DNA of 64,000 bases. Source: Chiloscyllium plagiosum (taxonomy: Eukaryota). The translations under genes and the position numbers were made by a program. Each line of letters begins with the position of its first letter. Within the stretch, counting starts at the first letter, position 1. The stretch spans positions 38,211,191 to 38,275,190 of the forward strand of contig NC_057718.1 in assembly GCF_004010195.1 (NCBI RefSeq), given 5' to 3'. The notes beneath the pieces were generated by a model. It did not search any database. It was not told the origin of the DNA and was given only the letters and a program-made list of their open reading frames with translations. This document shows, in pieces, positions 48,550 through 60,900 of this stretch.

Positions 48550-49325
48550 CCATGATCTCATTCAATGGTGGATCAAACTTGTTGGGATGAATAGCCAACT
48601 TCTGCCTCTACATCTTTGATCATAAACCTATTTTGTTCTCTCTTATTGTATATTACAAATTGAAGGCCAGGTGATGAATTGTTTTGGAACTGAACCATAT
48701 AGTGGGTTTTGAAATTAGTCAACATACAGTGGTTTTGATTTATGTGTGAACTAAATTCCAATATTAGACCATTAACCCAAGCGATGTGTTGGAATTCAAA
48801 GTGCTATTTCCTGTATTCTAAATCTATTATTAATTAGGTTATCATTGTCTGGGAGTGAGGGACAGAAGGAAAAAAATGAAGCAAATGCACAAGATAAAAG
48901 GCTTTTACTTTGTAGAAAAAGGAACTTTCTTTTCATTTAAAAAGTGATGGGAGAAGTGGGAACATCAAGTGGCTGAATCATGCCAAGAAGGGTGCACTTT
49001 GAGGGTCTTGGAATGGTTTAATTTTACTGCATTGCAAATACAAAAATAGAAAGGGTGATTTGGTTCAGCTCTTCTGTGTTGAAACAATGGCTAATGGGGT
49101 AATTCTCAACTCCAATTTCCTGCCTTTTTGCAGATTCCAACTATCCCTCAATGATTCCAGGTCTGTGCTGAGTCTCTTGAACTCGAAGCTTGTTTCAGTT
49201 GACTTCAGGTTTCTTTGTCACTTTGATATTTTCTTTCTCCATGGTTCCCAGTCTCATGATTTGAATAAATAGTTTGGTTTGACCTATTCTGAACCCAATT
49301 CAAGCAGGCAGCTCACCACCACCTT

Positions 49326-49641
49326 TAGATTAGATTAGATTACTTTACAGTGTGGAAACAGGCCCTTCGGCCCAACAAGTTCACACCGACCTGCCGAAGC
49401 GCAAACCACCCATACCCCTACATTTACCCCTTACCTAACACTACAGACAATTTAGCATGGCTAATTCACCTGACCTGCACATCTTTGGACTGTGGGAGGA
49501 AACCGGAGCACCCGGAGGAAACCCATGCAGACACGGGAAGAATGTGCAAACTCCACACAGTCAGTCGCCTGAGGCGGGAATTGAACCCGGGTCTCTGGCG
49601 CTGTGAGGCAGCAGTGCTAACCACTGTGCCACCGTGCCGCC
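49326..49641 (-). mobile_element. Young full-length HE1-type SINE inserted in a LINE 3' end
   Basis: Near-reverse complement of 3507-3826. TSD ccacctt at 49319-49325 and 49641-49647. Flanks read through as gcagctcaccaccaccttctcaagcgcaactaggga. Confidence 0.96.
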
Positions 49642-50649
49642 CACCTTCTCAAGCGCAACTAGGGACAGGAATTACATGCTGGCCCAGCCAGTGGTGCCCA
49701 CATCCCACAAATGAATTAAAGAAAAGAATTGCCATCGCTTTACTCCTAGGTCATATCTTTTAACCGCCTGCTTCCATTTTACAACTCATCTTCATTCCAT
49801 TTCTAAAGTTCGGGACAAGCTCTCAATTCTTCATTCACGAATAACTTCGTGTGTGATATGATGAAGGGCAGTATTTACTACAGCATTCGTCAGAGAACAT
49901 GCCCTTTATCTTGACACGCTAGCTGACCAAGCAGTTGCCAAGGTTATCTCCCTTTCAATCTATTTTGGAGTCGTGATTAATTTTTATTTGAAACTTCTTC
50001 ATGAAGTATCACGTGGGAGTCTCGTAACGTCCGTAGACGCACCCTTATCCTCTCTGCTGATGACCTTTTCAAAGAAAGGTAAAGTGATCACTCAGACATA
50101 ACCCATCCTTCACAAATCAATGCTGCCTCTCTTCACTCAGCTTGAAATTGCTTAAATGTTTGGTCACCTTGTCTCCAGTGGTCGATGGATTCCAGTAATA
50201 TTCTCCAAACGGAAAGATCCAGAGTTACCTAGGTTTTCTCACCTTCCTTTCCAAAATAATTTGCTTTGAAATGAGTGGATCAGTGGAAATACTCTCTGTA
50301 TGTGATGTTATGGTTGTCCGATTTTGTGATGAAAGCATTACAGGGCTATAGGAAAGAGCAGAGGAATGAGATTGACTGGTTAGCTCCACCAAAGAGCAAA
50401 TTGAGCTACAAAGTATTGAATTGTTTCCTTTTTATCCTGTATAAGCCCATGTTTCTATGTCACAGTTTGCTGATACAACACTTTACTCGACCAAAAACCA
50501 CATGTATCAACTTTGTGGACCAGACAATTCTGTTTCAAAGTTTAAAAAGACTTGAGTGTGCTGATTCTCTTCCACGTATACGAGTTGTAGAACAAAATAA
50601 TAGTTTGTGTTGACATGTGTCACTTTATGTTGAACTTGAATAAAATCCT

Positions 50650-50870
50650 GGCTTGACCTGAGCAGGATTGTTGTGTCCACTTTGAGGCATCACAGTTTAG
50701 AAAGGATGTGAAAGCATTAGCAAGCATACAGAATAGATTTACCAGAATAGTTACGAGGATGAGAGACCTCTATTACATGGTTAGTTTGGAAAAGTTGGGA
50801 CTGTTTTACCTTGGTGAAGAGAAGGTTGAGAAGAGGTTCAAGGGGCATTCAAAATCATGAGGCCATTGTA
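50650..50870 (+). mobile_element. Old CR1 fragment
   Basis: tttagaaaggatgtgaaagcattag...cagaatagatttaccagaat...gaagagaaggttgagaagagg. Confidence 0.7.
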
Positions 50871-51669
50871 TGATTAATCTTTAAAATAGGTAAGAGATTT
50901 CAATAGTCTGATCATTTATGGAAACTGCTTAACAAAATATTTCCCACAAAGCATAGCATTGCAAATAAAAACAGAGAACATAATGTTTAACTCCATAATA
51001 TGAGCTAAAGTGAAAATTAAAAGTATCATGAGGCAATTGTCTCATTTTTAACATCTATCTAAAATTCTAAAAATTTGTTAGATGAAGGTAGTTGCTGAGT
51101 TGTACTCTGGATTTTTCTCAAGTCCCACTTCAGGAACTCAGAAAATTATATCACGGTATACTCTGGCAACAGCAGCTACATATTCTTCACATGGCAGGAC
51201 ATGGAATAGTTTACTAGCAATTTGAGTGGAAATGCTTTTTGTATCTGAAAAATATTATACCATGCCAGAAAAATCTGCATATAAATTTATTTTAAAGATA
51301 AATTTGGGAAGAAATTGTGCTATGTTAGTGAAATAGACCTTCAGATCTTTAAAAAAGAAGTATTATTTAAGAGGGATGCATTCTGCGGTATTGGTTAATT
51401 GATGCAACAAGCATCTTCCATTTCGGTCATCTGTCCTGAAGACACATGGATCTGTTTAAATAGGTCTGACTTAGAATGACTTAAGAAGTGAAAAGCAAAG
51501 ATTTTGCAGCATTTTTGGATGAGCAGTTTGACATGACAAAACATAATTGCTCAGAGTTGCTGTCTGTCTCATTGTACAATCAGTATGGGGTGTAACAGAA
51601 CATCTCATTGTTTATAATGTGGCTCAAGTGATAATGCATGCAGATGTCAGGACAAGGTCAAAGCAGAAA

Positions 51670-51965
51670 GTAATGTTCCTGAAGACTAGGGAGTCCAAAA
51701 TTAGGGTTCACAGTCTAAGTATGTGGGGTACACCATTTAGGACTTAGATGAGGGGAAATTTCCTTATCCAGAAATGCCACAGAAAGCATTTGAGGCCAAA
51801 CCATGAATGTTTTCAAGAAGAAGATTGATCTAGTTCCTGTGGCTAAAAGGATCAAAGACATAGGGAGAAAGCAAGAACAGGGCACTGAGTTGAATGATCA
51901 GCCAAGTTATACTGAATGGCAGAGCAGACTCAAGCGGCTGAATGGCCTTCTGCTTTTTATAGTCA
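51670..51965 (+). mobile_element. CR1 3'-end fragment
   Basis: gggagtccaaaattagggttcacagtct...atgatcagccaagttatactgaatggcagagcagactcaagcggctgaatggcct. Confidence 0.8.
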
Positions 51966-52686
51966 AGTTTTACCATCTCCCAACAAAAAGCAGTATTTGA
52001 ATTTAGGTCCTTTCTTTTAATAATGTAATGGTCAAATGAGGAAGTTTGATTCAACAAATGCAAGATCAAACAAGACTTGTTCAATGTCTCTGCAATCCTC
52101 ATCATCCTTTGTTTTAATGATTATGGAGAGAAAGGAAGTAGCCTTCAATTGAGACCCCTTTCAATCTGCATGTAAAAGTTTCATTGGTTCTGATGTAATA
52201 GAGAACAGTGTACTGGAGAAAGCTGTAACAAATTTTGTTTAAGTGAGGTGATTTTATAATTTGACTGTCTGGGCAATAAGAAAGTTGCTGAATTCTTATG
52301 AAGGCTTAATATTTAATATCTTTTGAGAGAAAGTATTGAACAGTTTGGAAATGTTAATTATTCCAAATTCTCTTAGGTATTTGGATTCTTTGTGGTTTGT
52401 CAGGTCACTTTGGAAATTGGCACATTTTTAAGAAGACATTTCTTGGAAATCACATAGTTTGATCTAATTGCTTGACTCCGTTCTGGGAAGATGGGTTACT
52501 GAATTTGACATTGCAAGAGTTGGTTTTGCTTGAAAATTGTTTTGGTTTTCAATTGAAGAAAAGGGTGCCCAACTCCTCTGTACTTTTCTGTAACATCCTT
52601 GTTGTGAGTCCTATGTGATTAAGAAAAGAATGTAGCATAGGAATCTCAGTTGGGGATCAGATAGGTCACCTCGATGGCATTGCTGC

Positions 52687-53420
52687 TTTTTTTTTTAATT
52701 CACTCATGGGATGTGGGCGTAGTTGGCTGTGCCAACATTTATTATCCATTCCTTTTGACTTTGAGCAAGTGGTGACAAGTTTTCTTGACCCACTTACATT
52801 CCAATTGGTGTAGCTAGTGAGGGAACTCCAAGAATTTGACCCAGTGACACCAAAGGAACCATAGTATATTTTCAAGTCAGGATGGTATGTGGCTTGGAGG
52901 GGAACTTGTACGTGGTGGTGTTCCCGTGTATGTGCTGTCCCTGCTCTTCTAGATGTTAATGGCTGTGGATTTGGAACGTGGCCTGTAAGGTGTCCTGTTG
53001 AATTACTGCAATGTATCTTGTAGTTGGTACACACTACTGGCACGCTGTCAGTGGCATTAAGAAAGAACATCTGTACAAATGATGCAAATCAAGTGGGTAG
53101 CTTTGCCTCTTGAGTGTTGGAACTGCACTCATCCAGGCAAATGCAGAGTATTCCATTCCATTCCTGACTTTTGCCAAGTAATAGACATGCTGTGAGGAGC
53201 CGGGAGCAGTGTTCCCTCTAATCTACCTCTGTGTCCATGTGCAGCTGCTCTGCGCAAGCCAATCACTGCATTGACTCCGGTTCAGGAATTTGCTTTCACA
53301 TATCGGCCTCAGAAGCTCTTGCAACTAGAACAAAAATTAGAGGGAGTGCTGGTCTGGAAGTGCATTGTCTGCTGCAAGATTCCTTGCCTGGTCCATTGTC
53401 ACTTTTGTTAACTATGAGTT
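52687..53420 (-). mobile_element. CR1/L2-group LINE 3' end, interrupted by a MITE
   Basis: Poly-T then aattcactcatgggatgtgggc; colinear with 1290-1720 and antisense to 49645-49725. Confidence 0.8.
53207..53351. mobile_element. hAT-like MITE (145 bp)
   Basis: Imperfect TIRs cagtgttccctctaat and attagagggagtgctg; degenerate 8-bp TSD gccgggag / gtctggaa. Confidence 0.75.
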
Positions 53421-56400
53421 TTAATCTGGTGCATCAATAATCTAATGTCATCTTCTCTATTTATTCTGACTTGGTTAATTAGTTTTGAGCCAAAACCATT
53501 TTTTTACTTTTGCCTTCCTGACATTGAACAGGGAGACTGGTAGTGAATATTTTCCTTTTGTTAAAGCATGTTACTCCATCAGTTTGGGTTTGTGTGGCTC
53601 AACTGCTCGCTGTTTTAAATCTTGATGGGAATTTAAGTATTTGCTTATTTTTGCTGACGTGCCACTATTTAACGCCATGAATAGCTTCCTGCGGTCGTGT
53701 TACTTTTCTGGGTATTTGTATTGAGTTGAGCAATTAATACTGAATTGTGTGTTGACAATTTAGCCTATAGTTGCTGGGAATTAAAATTACAGCAACAGAT
53801 TAAAGAGGTGCTTGGAAGCAGAATTTGAGATGGAAATGAAAATAAAATTGAGGCTTGGAGATGTTGCAAGAGTTCATGGGATCAAACAACACTGAAGGAG
53901 GCAATTTGTGTGATTATATCTGCATCAACTCTTCATTTTTAAAATGAGCTGTCCACTTAGATCCACTCCCATGGTCTATCCCAACAGTCCTGAAAACTCC
54001 TTTGCCATTATACATCCAATTTCAATTTCATAGTTGGTAATTTGTCTTCTTTCTCCAGCTTTTTAGGCAGTGCATTCTCAATCATTATACTTGCAGTACA
54101 CAGAATAATTTTTTTTTCCCTTTTTGCATGAAATGAATTTAATAAATATAAGAATTTGAGGAACATGAATAGCAGCTGAAAGGAGGTGATTTGTCTGTTC
54201 ATTTTAGGTCCTTTTTCCTATTTTAAAAGCATATCTACATTACAACATATTTAACTGCTCTGGTTTAATGTTGTAACGCAATTTGGGTGCAGCCACTTTA
54301 TCAAGACATTCAAGTGTTTACCTTACATGGACTTGCAAGTTCAGGATTAATGTTTTATAACAGTTATTTACCCCTTTTTGCATTGTCATGGGAACCAGTT
54401 GTCACTAAGCAACTATCTTCAGTCAAGAGAGAGGCAGTCTGGGATGATCACTGAGAGCAACAATGCTCCATGACCAGCTGATGGGAGGTGTGCAGCAGGG
54501 CTGGCTGCATTTGGAGCATTTTATTGATTGAACCTTCAACCCTGTAGTTGGGAAACTGGCATTCTACACCGTCTACTTACAGGCCAGCCTTCATTGTAAT
54601 TAATTTGTGTTTGCTCTTGAGATTACTCTGCCAGTCACAGGAACTGACATCCATGAAACAAAATTTCACACTTGCACAGATGGAAAAGGTGCACAGAGCC
54701 AGAACCTATGATGATCACAAAAATCGTAAGACTTCGGGCAATCTTATTTTGTTTAAAAATTATCAGTTCATAAGTTGAGGGCAGTAGTATATTATTTTAA
54801 GATGTAGCCATTTGTCAGTGGGGGTGAGGTCTGTGTGGCAAGATGGAGAAAGATTATGCTGATAATTCAGTTTTTTTTTACTTGTGAAGCAGTACAATGG
54901 TGTGGTGCTCCCAGTGTAATACTGTGAGATCTCCATGATAATGTGAGACCTCCAAGACATCAATACATGTATATTACATGTAATTAAATATTTATTTATC
55001 TCCAGGATAATTACCACAGTACAGTAGACAAACATGAATAGTCTGAAGTGTTTTGGGTGTTGACATAGGTTGTCTTAGGTGATGAACTTTTGTGAGGTTA
55101 CATTATCAATTCATGGGCAAATCTGTAGCATTTTTGTGCTTGACCATTTTCAACAGGTCACAACTGTTCATGTGCAGGTTTAATTGTGGATTAAAATACA
55201 GGCTCACCCATAACTTGATATCAAACAGCGCAGCAACTGTGACAGAATTTGGAATAAATGATGGCTCAGTAATACTTGTGTCTTTGCATGGATGCATTTT
55301 CATTGCAACTTTTTGACCCATAGGTAATTCAATATGTTTCACAGCCTATTGAGTTTTTTTGACATTACTGTTATACTGTCCAAACATTTGGCTGAAGGCT
55401 TACTGATGTCATTGGCGTGAAGTAGTAAGGAAATGGAGGAAAGAAATGACAAAATATTGCGCGATCGAGGCATACCAATGGTGATTGTACCAAAATGGTA
55501 ACAAAAGCTATACCCACAGTAGGAGATAACAAAACAATTGTCATCTCATAATTAGAATAACAAATGCATAGCTTGGCAAGAAAAGAACGTCACCTGCAGC
55601 TGAACAATTAAAAAAAAAATGATTAGTGTTACAACTTTTGGTATTTTTCATTATCTGTAAGTTACATGTATTGATGCACAGCCTCAATAACTTTATAATA
55701 TTGACTTGATGAGCAAAGCGCTGGCCTTCATGTAGAATTAGGTAATCATCAGAAATGACAGCATTTTCTGGACTATCTATGGAAAAATGATGCATGAAAT
55801 CTACCCGTAGTGTGCAGATTTTGTGTGTGTTCTTGATTGGTCTACAAGAACAGTTCGTGTTCAAGTAATGTCAAATATCGAGGGTGAGAAATTATGCTGG
55901 ATGTATTTTAATTTGAAAATAAGAAATGGGAACTGACCATAATTGGAAACTTCATAGTCTGAAGTGAGGGGGTGAGTGTACATTTCATGGATATGTATTG
56001 AAACATGCTGTTTGTTGTGTCTTTGAAGTTAGCAGTATGGATACTTCCTGAGGACCGCATGCTGAATTTGAAAGAAAGAAAAAATTGTTGGTTAAAGCAA
56101 TCAATTGCATTCAATTTAAAATTGTGCAAATTAAGCAAAGATTAATTTTCTCTGCAATTCTGGGTTGAGTAATTGAAAACAAAATGTTGACAGTATCATT
56201 CTGATATGGTATGTTGAAGGATTCAGTGCACTTTTTGAGGCAGAATAGAATGTGGATTTGTTTGCACACAGTGAATCGCACATCTAATCATGTCACTGAA
56301 ATATATGAAGTGGATTTGGGCGCTTTGGGATCCAAAGATGATGGTAATCCTAATATATTTTTTAGGTCTGTACCCTGTTTCTAGGCCCTTGTGTGATAGA

Positions 56401-56584
56401 ATGATTTTTGCCAAGAAACCAAAGGTGATGTGAAGGAAAATGCCATCTCTCTCCTCTGAAGACCAACAGCAGTTACAAAATCTCAGAAAAATATGCCAAA
56501 TTTACATCAACTAGAAGGTTTATGCAGGGTATGGGAATTAGCTGCAGCATCAAGAATGACAAGTCTAGGATCTATTTAATTCAA

Positions 56585-56850
56585 ATCATGAAATCACAGA
56601 ATCCCTACTGTGTGGAAGTCGGCTCATTTGGCCCATCGAGTCCACATCAACCCTCCAAACAGCATCCAAACCAGACCCCTCCACCCCATCCTTTAACCCT
56701 GCATTTCCCATGACTAATCCATCTTACCTGCATGACCCTGGGCACTATGGGCAATTTAGCATGCCAATCCACTTAAGCTGTACATCTTTGGATAGTGGGA
56801 GGAAACTGAAACACTTGGAGGAAACCCACATAGAAACAGGGAGAACGTTT
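56585..56850 (-). mobile_element. Old HE1-type SINE, head missing
   Basis: cacagaatccctactgtgtggaag...cactatgggcaatttagcatg...ggaggaaacccacatagaaacaggggagaacg. Confidence 0.85.
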
Positions 56851-56899
56851 AAAAAAGTTTGCAATGACTGGATGAATCTTACCAGTCTCCAAATAGTAT

Positions 56900-58440
56900 G
56901 AAACAAATGGAGTAGAAAGTGTTTTGAAAGGTAGTATTGAGGAGCAAAAACTTCAGAGCAGTGATACTAGGGGATTTTACTTAGATTAATGCAGACTCAG
57001 GAAGTAAAAGTATTGAGGGTAGAAACTGTTATTGGCTTCTGAAGTGCACTGAGGAGAATTTTCCTGATCAGTTAAGCAAGGCAGAATTATTTGATCTGCT
57101 TCTGGAAAGTCAAGTTGGTCAACTGAAGAGAGTGTCATTTTGAGAACGTTTAGGGAAAAATGATGGTATCAGAAGGTTTAAGGTAGCCATGGACAAATGA
57201 GCTTTCTGGATATTTTTAATCAACGTGTTCAGGTGTGTTTTGACATACCCCTGGAGTAGATGGGACTTGAACCTGGGCCTCTTGTCCTAGATAAAGGAAC
57301 GCTACCACTGAACAACAAGACGCCTAAGACGAGCTTTCCCAAGTATAAGTACTTGATTGGAGGAAGATCCATGTTGTGGTGAAAATGGATCAGTCCCAGC
57401 TAATTTGGGGTCAGATCGGCAGGGAAAGCTTCAGCGAATAAGGTGGCCTTGAATTGATTTGACTCTTGTTTATCAATGAGATGTATCCTCACAAAGGGGA
57501 AAAAGAGTTCCGTATATTTTCGAGTTAGATAAGATAAATGAGGAGTTAGTCAGATGACACAAATTAGAAGAGTTTGACAGATGCCAGATCGATAATACAA
57601 AGTTAGAACTCAGCTGAATGTACACAATTCTGAGGAGAAGTGAAGTAAATAAGAGCAGTAAAGAGACACTATGAAAAGATACTGGCAGCCAATGCAAGAG
57701 GGAATCCAAAATTTTCTTACAGTCATGATACTAATGAAAGAAAAGTGAGAGGAGGGCTGGAGCCAGTTTTGTAGGTGAAGTGCTTGGCAGTGGCAATAAT
57801 TTAATATTTCTTCAGCTTTTTCCTCGGTAAAATCAATGCAAAGTCAAAATCCAAGAACCGGTAGTTTAAAATGATTTAAGTCTTACAAAATGGTTATCAC
57901 AAGCCACATGATTTGTCTTGGGCATTCACAGAGCAACTGATAACTTGGTTGAGAGTTTATCACAGAGTGTCATTAAAGAATGCAAGGAATTCCAGGACTG
58001 GGCTTTGGAAGTTCAAAAGATGTGAAAACTTTAAGCTGCTGCTGAACCTAAGGGACATCACAAGGAATTCCAGCATAATTGACTGTACTTTGTGTGACAC
58101 TTGTATTATGGATGCAAAGTTGGTTGAGTGTAGGCAACAGTTGGGAGCACTTGTTTTTTTCAGTTTGGGGGATGGCTGTTAGTGGTGTTCCCCAGGATTA
58201 TTACTGGGACCATAGCTTTTCTTGATATGCAATTAATATTGTCACTAAGGTATTCAGAGGGCAATTTCAAAATTTGCAGAAATTACGAATGTTCTAAATG
58301 TAGTGAGTTCTAGGTGGTTGGTGTTAAACTTCAAGAGAACGTAGATAAATTGATGGAATGGACTGACACGTCAGATTAAATTTACTGCAGCAAAATGTGA
58401 AAGTGCTTTGTTTTAAACACGAGTAGGGAGAAGAAAAATG
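56900..58440 (+). mobile_element. Very old fragmented CR1 ORF2 (endonuclease to RT)
   Basis: gtgatactaggggattttac (VILGDF-like), tttgatctgcttctggaaa, tagtggtgttccccagg (SGVPQ), tttcaaaatttgcaga (SKFA). Confidence 0.6.
57210..57330 (-). mobile_element. Short tRNA-derived SINE
   Basis: Minus strand ggcgtcttgttgttcagtggtagcg (A-box-like)...ccaggttcaagtccc (B box)...A-rich end. Confidence 0.7.
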
Positions 58441-58773
58441 AAACCAGGGTGCATATGTGAAAATGCATCATCCATAACATTTCTACCTGACAAAATATAT
58501 ATGAAGTATTCTAAATTTGAAATAACGAATCAAGTAAAGCACAATATCAACGGAATAACAGTGCATTAAATTCTTTGGTGTATAAAACTATTTTCTTGCA
58601 TAAACTGCATCGAGCTGAGCAAAACCGTTTGTCTTGATTTTATTAGACAGCTTTTGAGTCACTTTGAGATACAGATCCTCATTCAGTCATTGGAGCCTCC
58701 GATCAGACCAGGAATTTAACAACTAGCTCTCGAACCTTGGCAACTCATGGTGATTTGCTAAATGAACTGTCAA

Positions 58774-59275
58774 GTCATAGAGTCATAGAGATGTACAGCA
58801 CAGAAACAGACCCTTCGTCCAACTTGTCCATGCTGACCAGATATCCCAACCCAATCTAGTCCCACCTGCCAGCATCTGGCCCACATCCCTCCAAACCCTT
58901 CCTATTCATATGTCCATCCAGATACCTTTTAAATGTTGCAATTGTATTATCCTCTACCACTTCCTCTGGCAACTCATTCCATACACGTACCACCAACTGC
59001 ATGAAAAAAATTGCCCCTTAGGTCTCTTTTATATCTTTCCCCTCTCACCCTAAACCTGTGCCCTCCAGTTCTGGTCTTCCCTCACTCCAGGGAAAAGACT
59101 TTGTCTATTTATCCTATCCATGCCCCTCATCATTTTATAAATCTCTATAAGGTCACCCCTCAGCCTCTGATGCTCCAGGGAAAACAGCCCTAGCCTATTC
59201 AACCGCTCCCTATAGCTCAAATCTTCCAACCCTGGCAACATTCATGTAAATCTTTTCTGAACCCTTTCAAGTTCG
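58774..59275 (-). mobile_element. Young CR1 3'-end fragment
   Basis: MLPGLEDLSYRERLNRLGLFSLEHQRLRGDLIEIYK; (agtcatag)2 tail. Confidence 0.95.
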
Positions 59276-59400
59276 ATCCATCTCCAGAGCTACGAAAGCT
59301 TCCAAAAGGCCAGGAAGGCAGCAAACTACCTTTCTCTGTATATTCCACCATCACACACCACGTATGATGGTTTTAGACAGGGACCCAGCTGAATCCAGAA

Positions 59401-59618
59401 TGAAAACAGAAAGAACTGCAGATACTGTAAATCAGAAGCAAAAACAAACCGCTGGAAAAACTCAATGGGTCTGCCAGCATCTGCAGAAAGAAATCAGTCA
59501 ACGTTTCAGGCCGAGCGAACTCTTGTTCTGAGGAAGGGCCACTTGACTCAAAACGCCAAACCTCTCGATGGATGCTGCCAGACCCACCGAGCGCCCCCAG
59601 CAATTTGTGCCTTCGCCT
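59401..59618 (-). mobile_element. Palindromic Penelope-derived (MER6-like) element
   Basis: Antisense of the 32274 family; decayed core ctgagga-agggcc...aaaacgc at 59528. 12-bp TSD ctg(a/g)atccagaa at 59389-59400 and 59619-59630. Confidence 0.78.
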
Positions 59619-60429
59619 CTGGATCCAGAAGGAAGTCCTCAAGTGATCAGCAACCCATGTTCTTACATATCTGGCAATCTTTCAAAAAATTAAGGAGCAC
59701 TTTTCTTTCATGCATGCATGCCACACAAATAATTAAAGAGTTAAGCAAATGGAATTAAAGGACATTTTATGAAATCTATCCATGAGTTGTTCTAGAACAA
59801 CTACAGTTTTCAATTATACAATAAGGTTCTTCTCACTTACTTTGATGATTCATTGAAAGGTTTTATTCTGTCGGTCATGGAGGAGGGGCTGCGCATGTTG
59901 AACTTGAAGTGGAAACTGTGTTAAAGTGTGAATGTTTTCATTTCTGAACATTATATCAGGTTCAGCTGAAAAAAAACACCTTTGTTTGAAGCTCTTGGTC
60001 TGCACTCATGAGGCAATTTCTAAGAATACAAGTAAAGGAGAAAACCAACTGTATGAGAGGTTGCAGGGTGTATTCTGATACTGGTGCTGCCAAGCTAATA
60101 CAGTGGTCAAATACCTGGCCTTACTTAGACTTTAAACCAGACAGGTTAACCTGATTGATTTGGACATTGCCCCCAGAAATGAACAAGCAAATAGCTGTTA
60201 ACTATTTTGTTGAGTTGAAAAAGGCACAGTGCATTACACATATTACTTTAGCTTTTAATGAACAAGGCCCTGTGTATTAATACATTGCAACTTCTACTGC
60301 CCACAAATGCCCTACATTGCAAGTGTGACAACAAACTTAAATTAGATCTCCGCATTTCTTCTAGAGCAATTACCCGCTTCCTGGAATGTTGTACTCCAGT
60401 TGTGGCCTCACCAGTGTCTTATATAATCA

Positions 60430-60900
60430 AAAGGCAGTTGAAGATAGTTCACCAGAGATTCAATTGGCTGTTTGTTGCGATGAAGAGGTTGACTTGTTAA
60501 AAGCAGCTGAACAGGTTAGGCCTGTACTCGTTAGAGCTTAGGAAAATAAGAGGTGATCTTGTTGAAGATTCTGAGGGAGCTTTACAGGATAGATGTTGAC
60601 AAGATGTTGAATCCTCATTGTTGAAGGGACACTCTATTAAAGCTAATAGGAAGGAATTTTTTCTTTCATTGCGTGGTGTATGTCAGGAATTCTTTACCCA
60701 ATAGAGTTTTTGAGGCTAGATCCTGCATGTATTTAAGGAGGAGGTGGGTAGACCTTTGAAACATTGAGACGTTGGGGTGATGAGCATCTGGTAACAAAAA
60801 GGAGTTGAGGTCTAGAGCAGAACAACCTCAATCTTATGGAATGGTGAGGCAGGCTTAAAATCTGAATATGTTACTCCTTCATATGTTATTATGATGTTTT
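60430..60900 (+). mobile_element. Old CR1 3'-end fragment
   Basis: gagattcaattggctg...gaacaggttaggcctgtactcgttagagcttaggaaaataagaggtgatcttgttgaa. Confidence 0.8.

Noticed and set aside
49133..49160. Possible 27-nt micro-exon (SNYPSMIP) after ctttttgcAG
   Set aside because: Weak donor (gtctgt); too short to distinguish from chance.
49350..49763. Recurrent ORFs such as MDCGRKPEHPEETHADTGR (also 828, 3449, 19826, 20336)
   Set aside because: These are translations of SINE sequence, not proteins.
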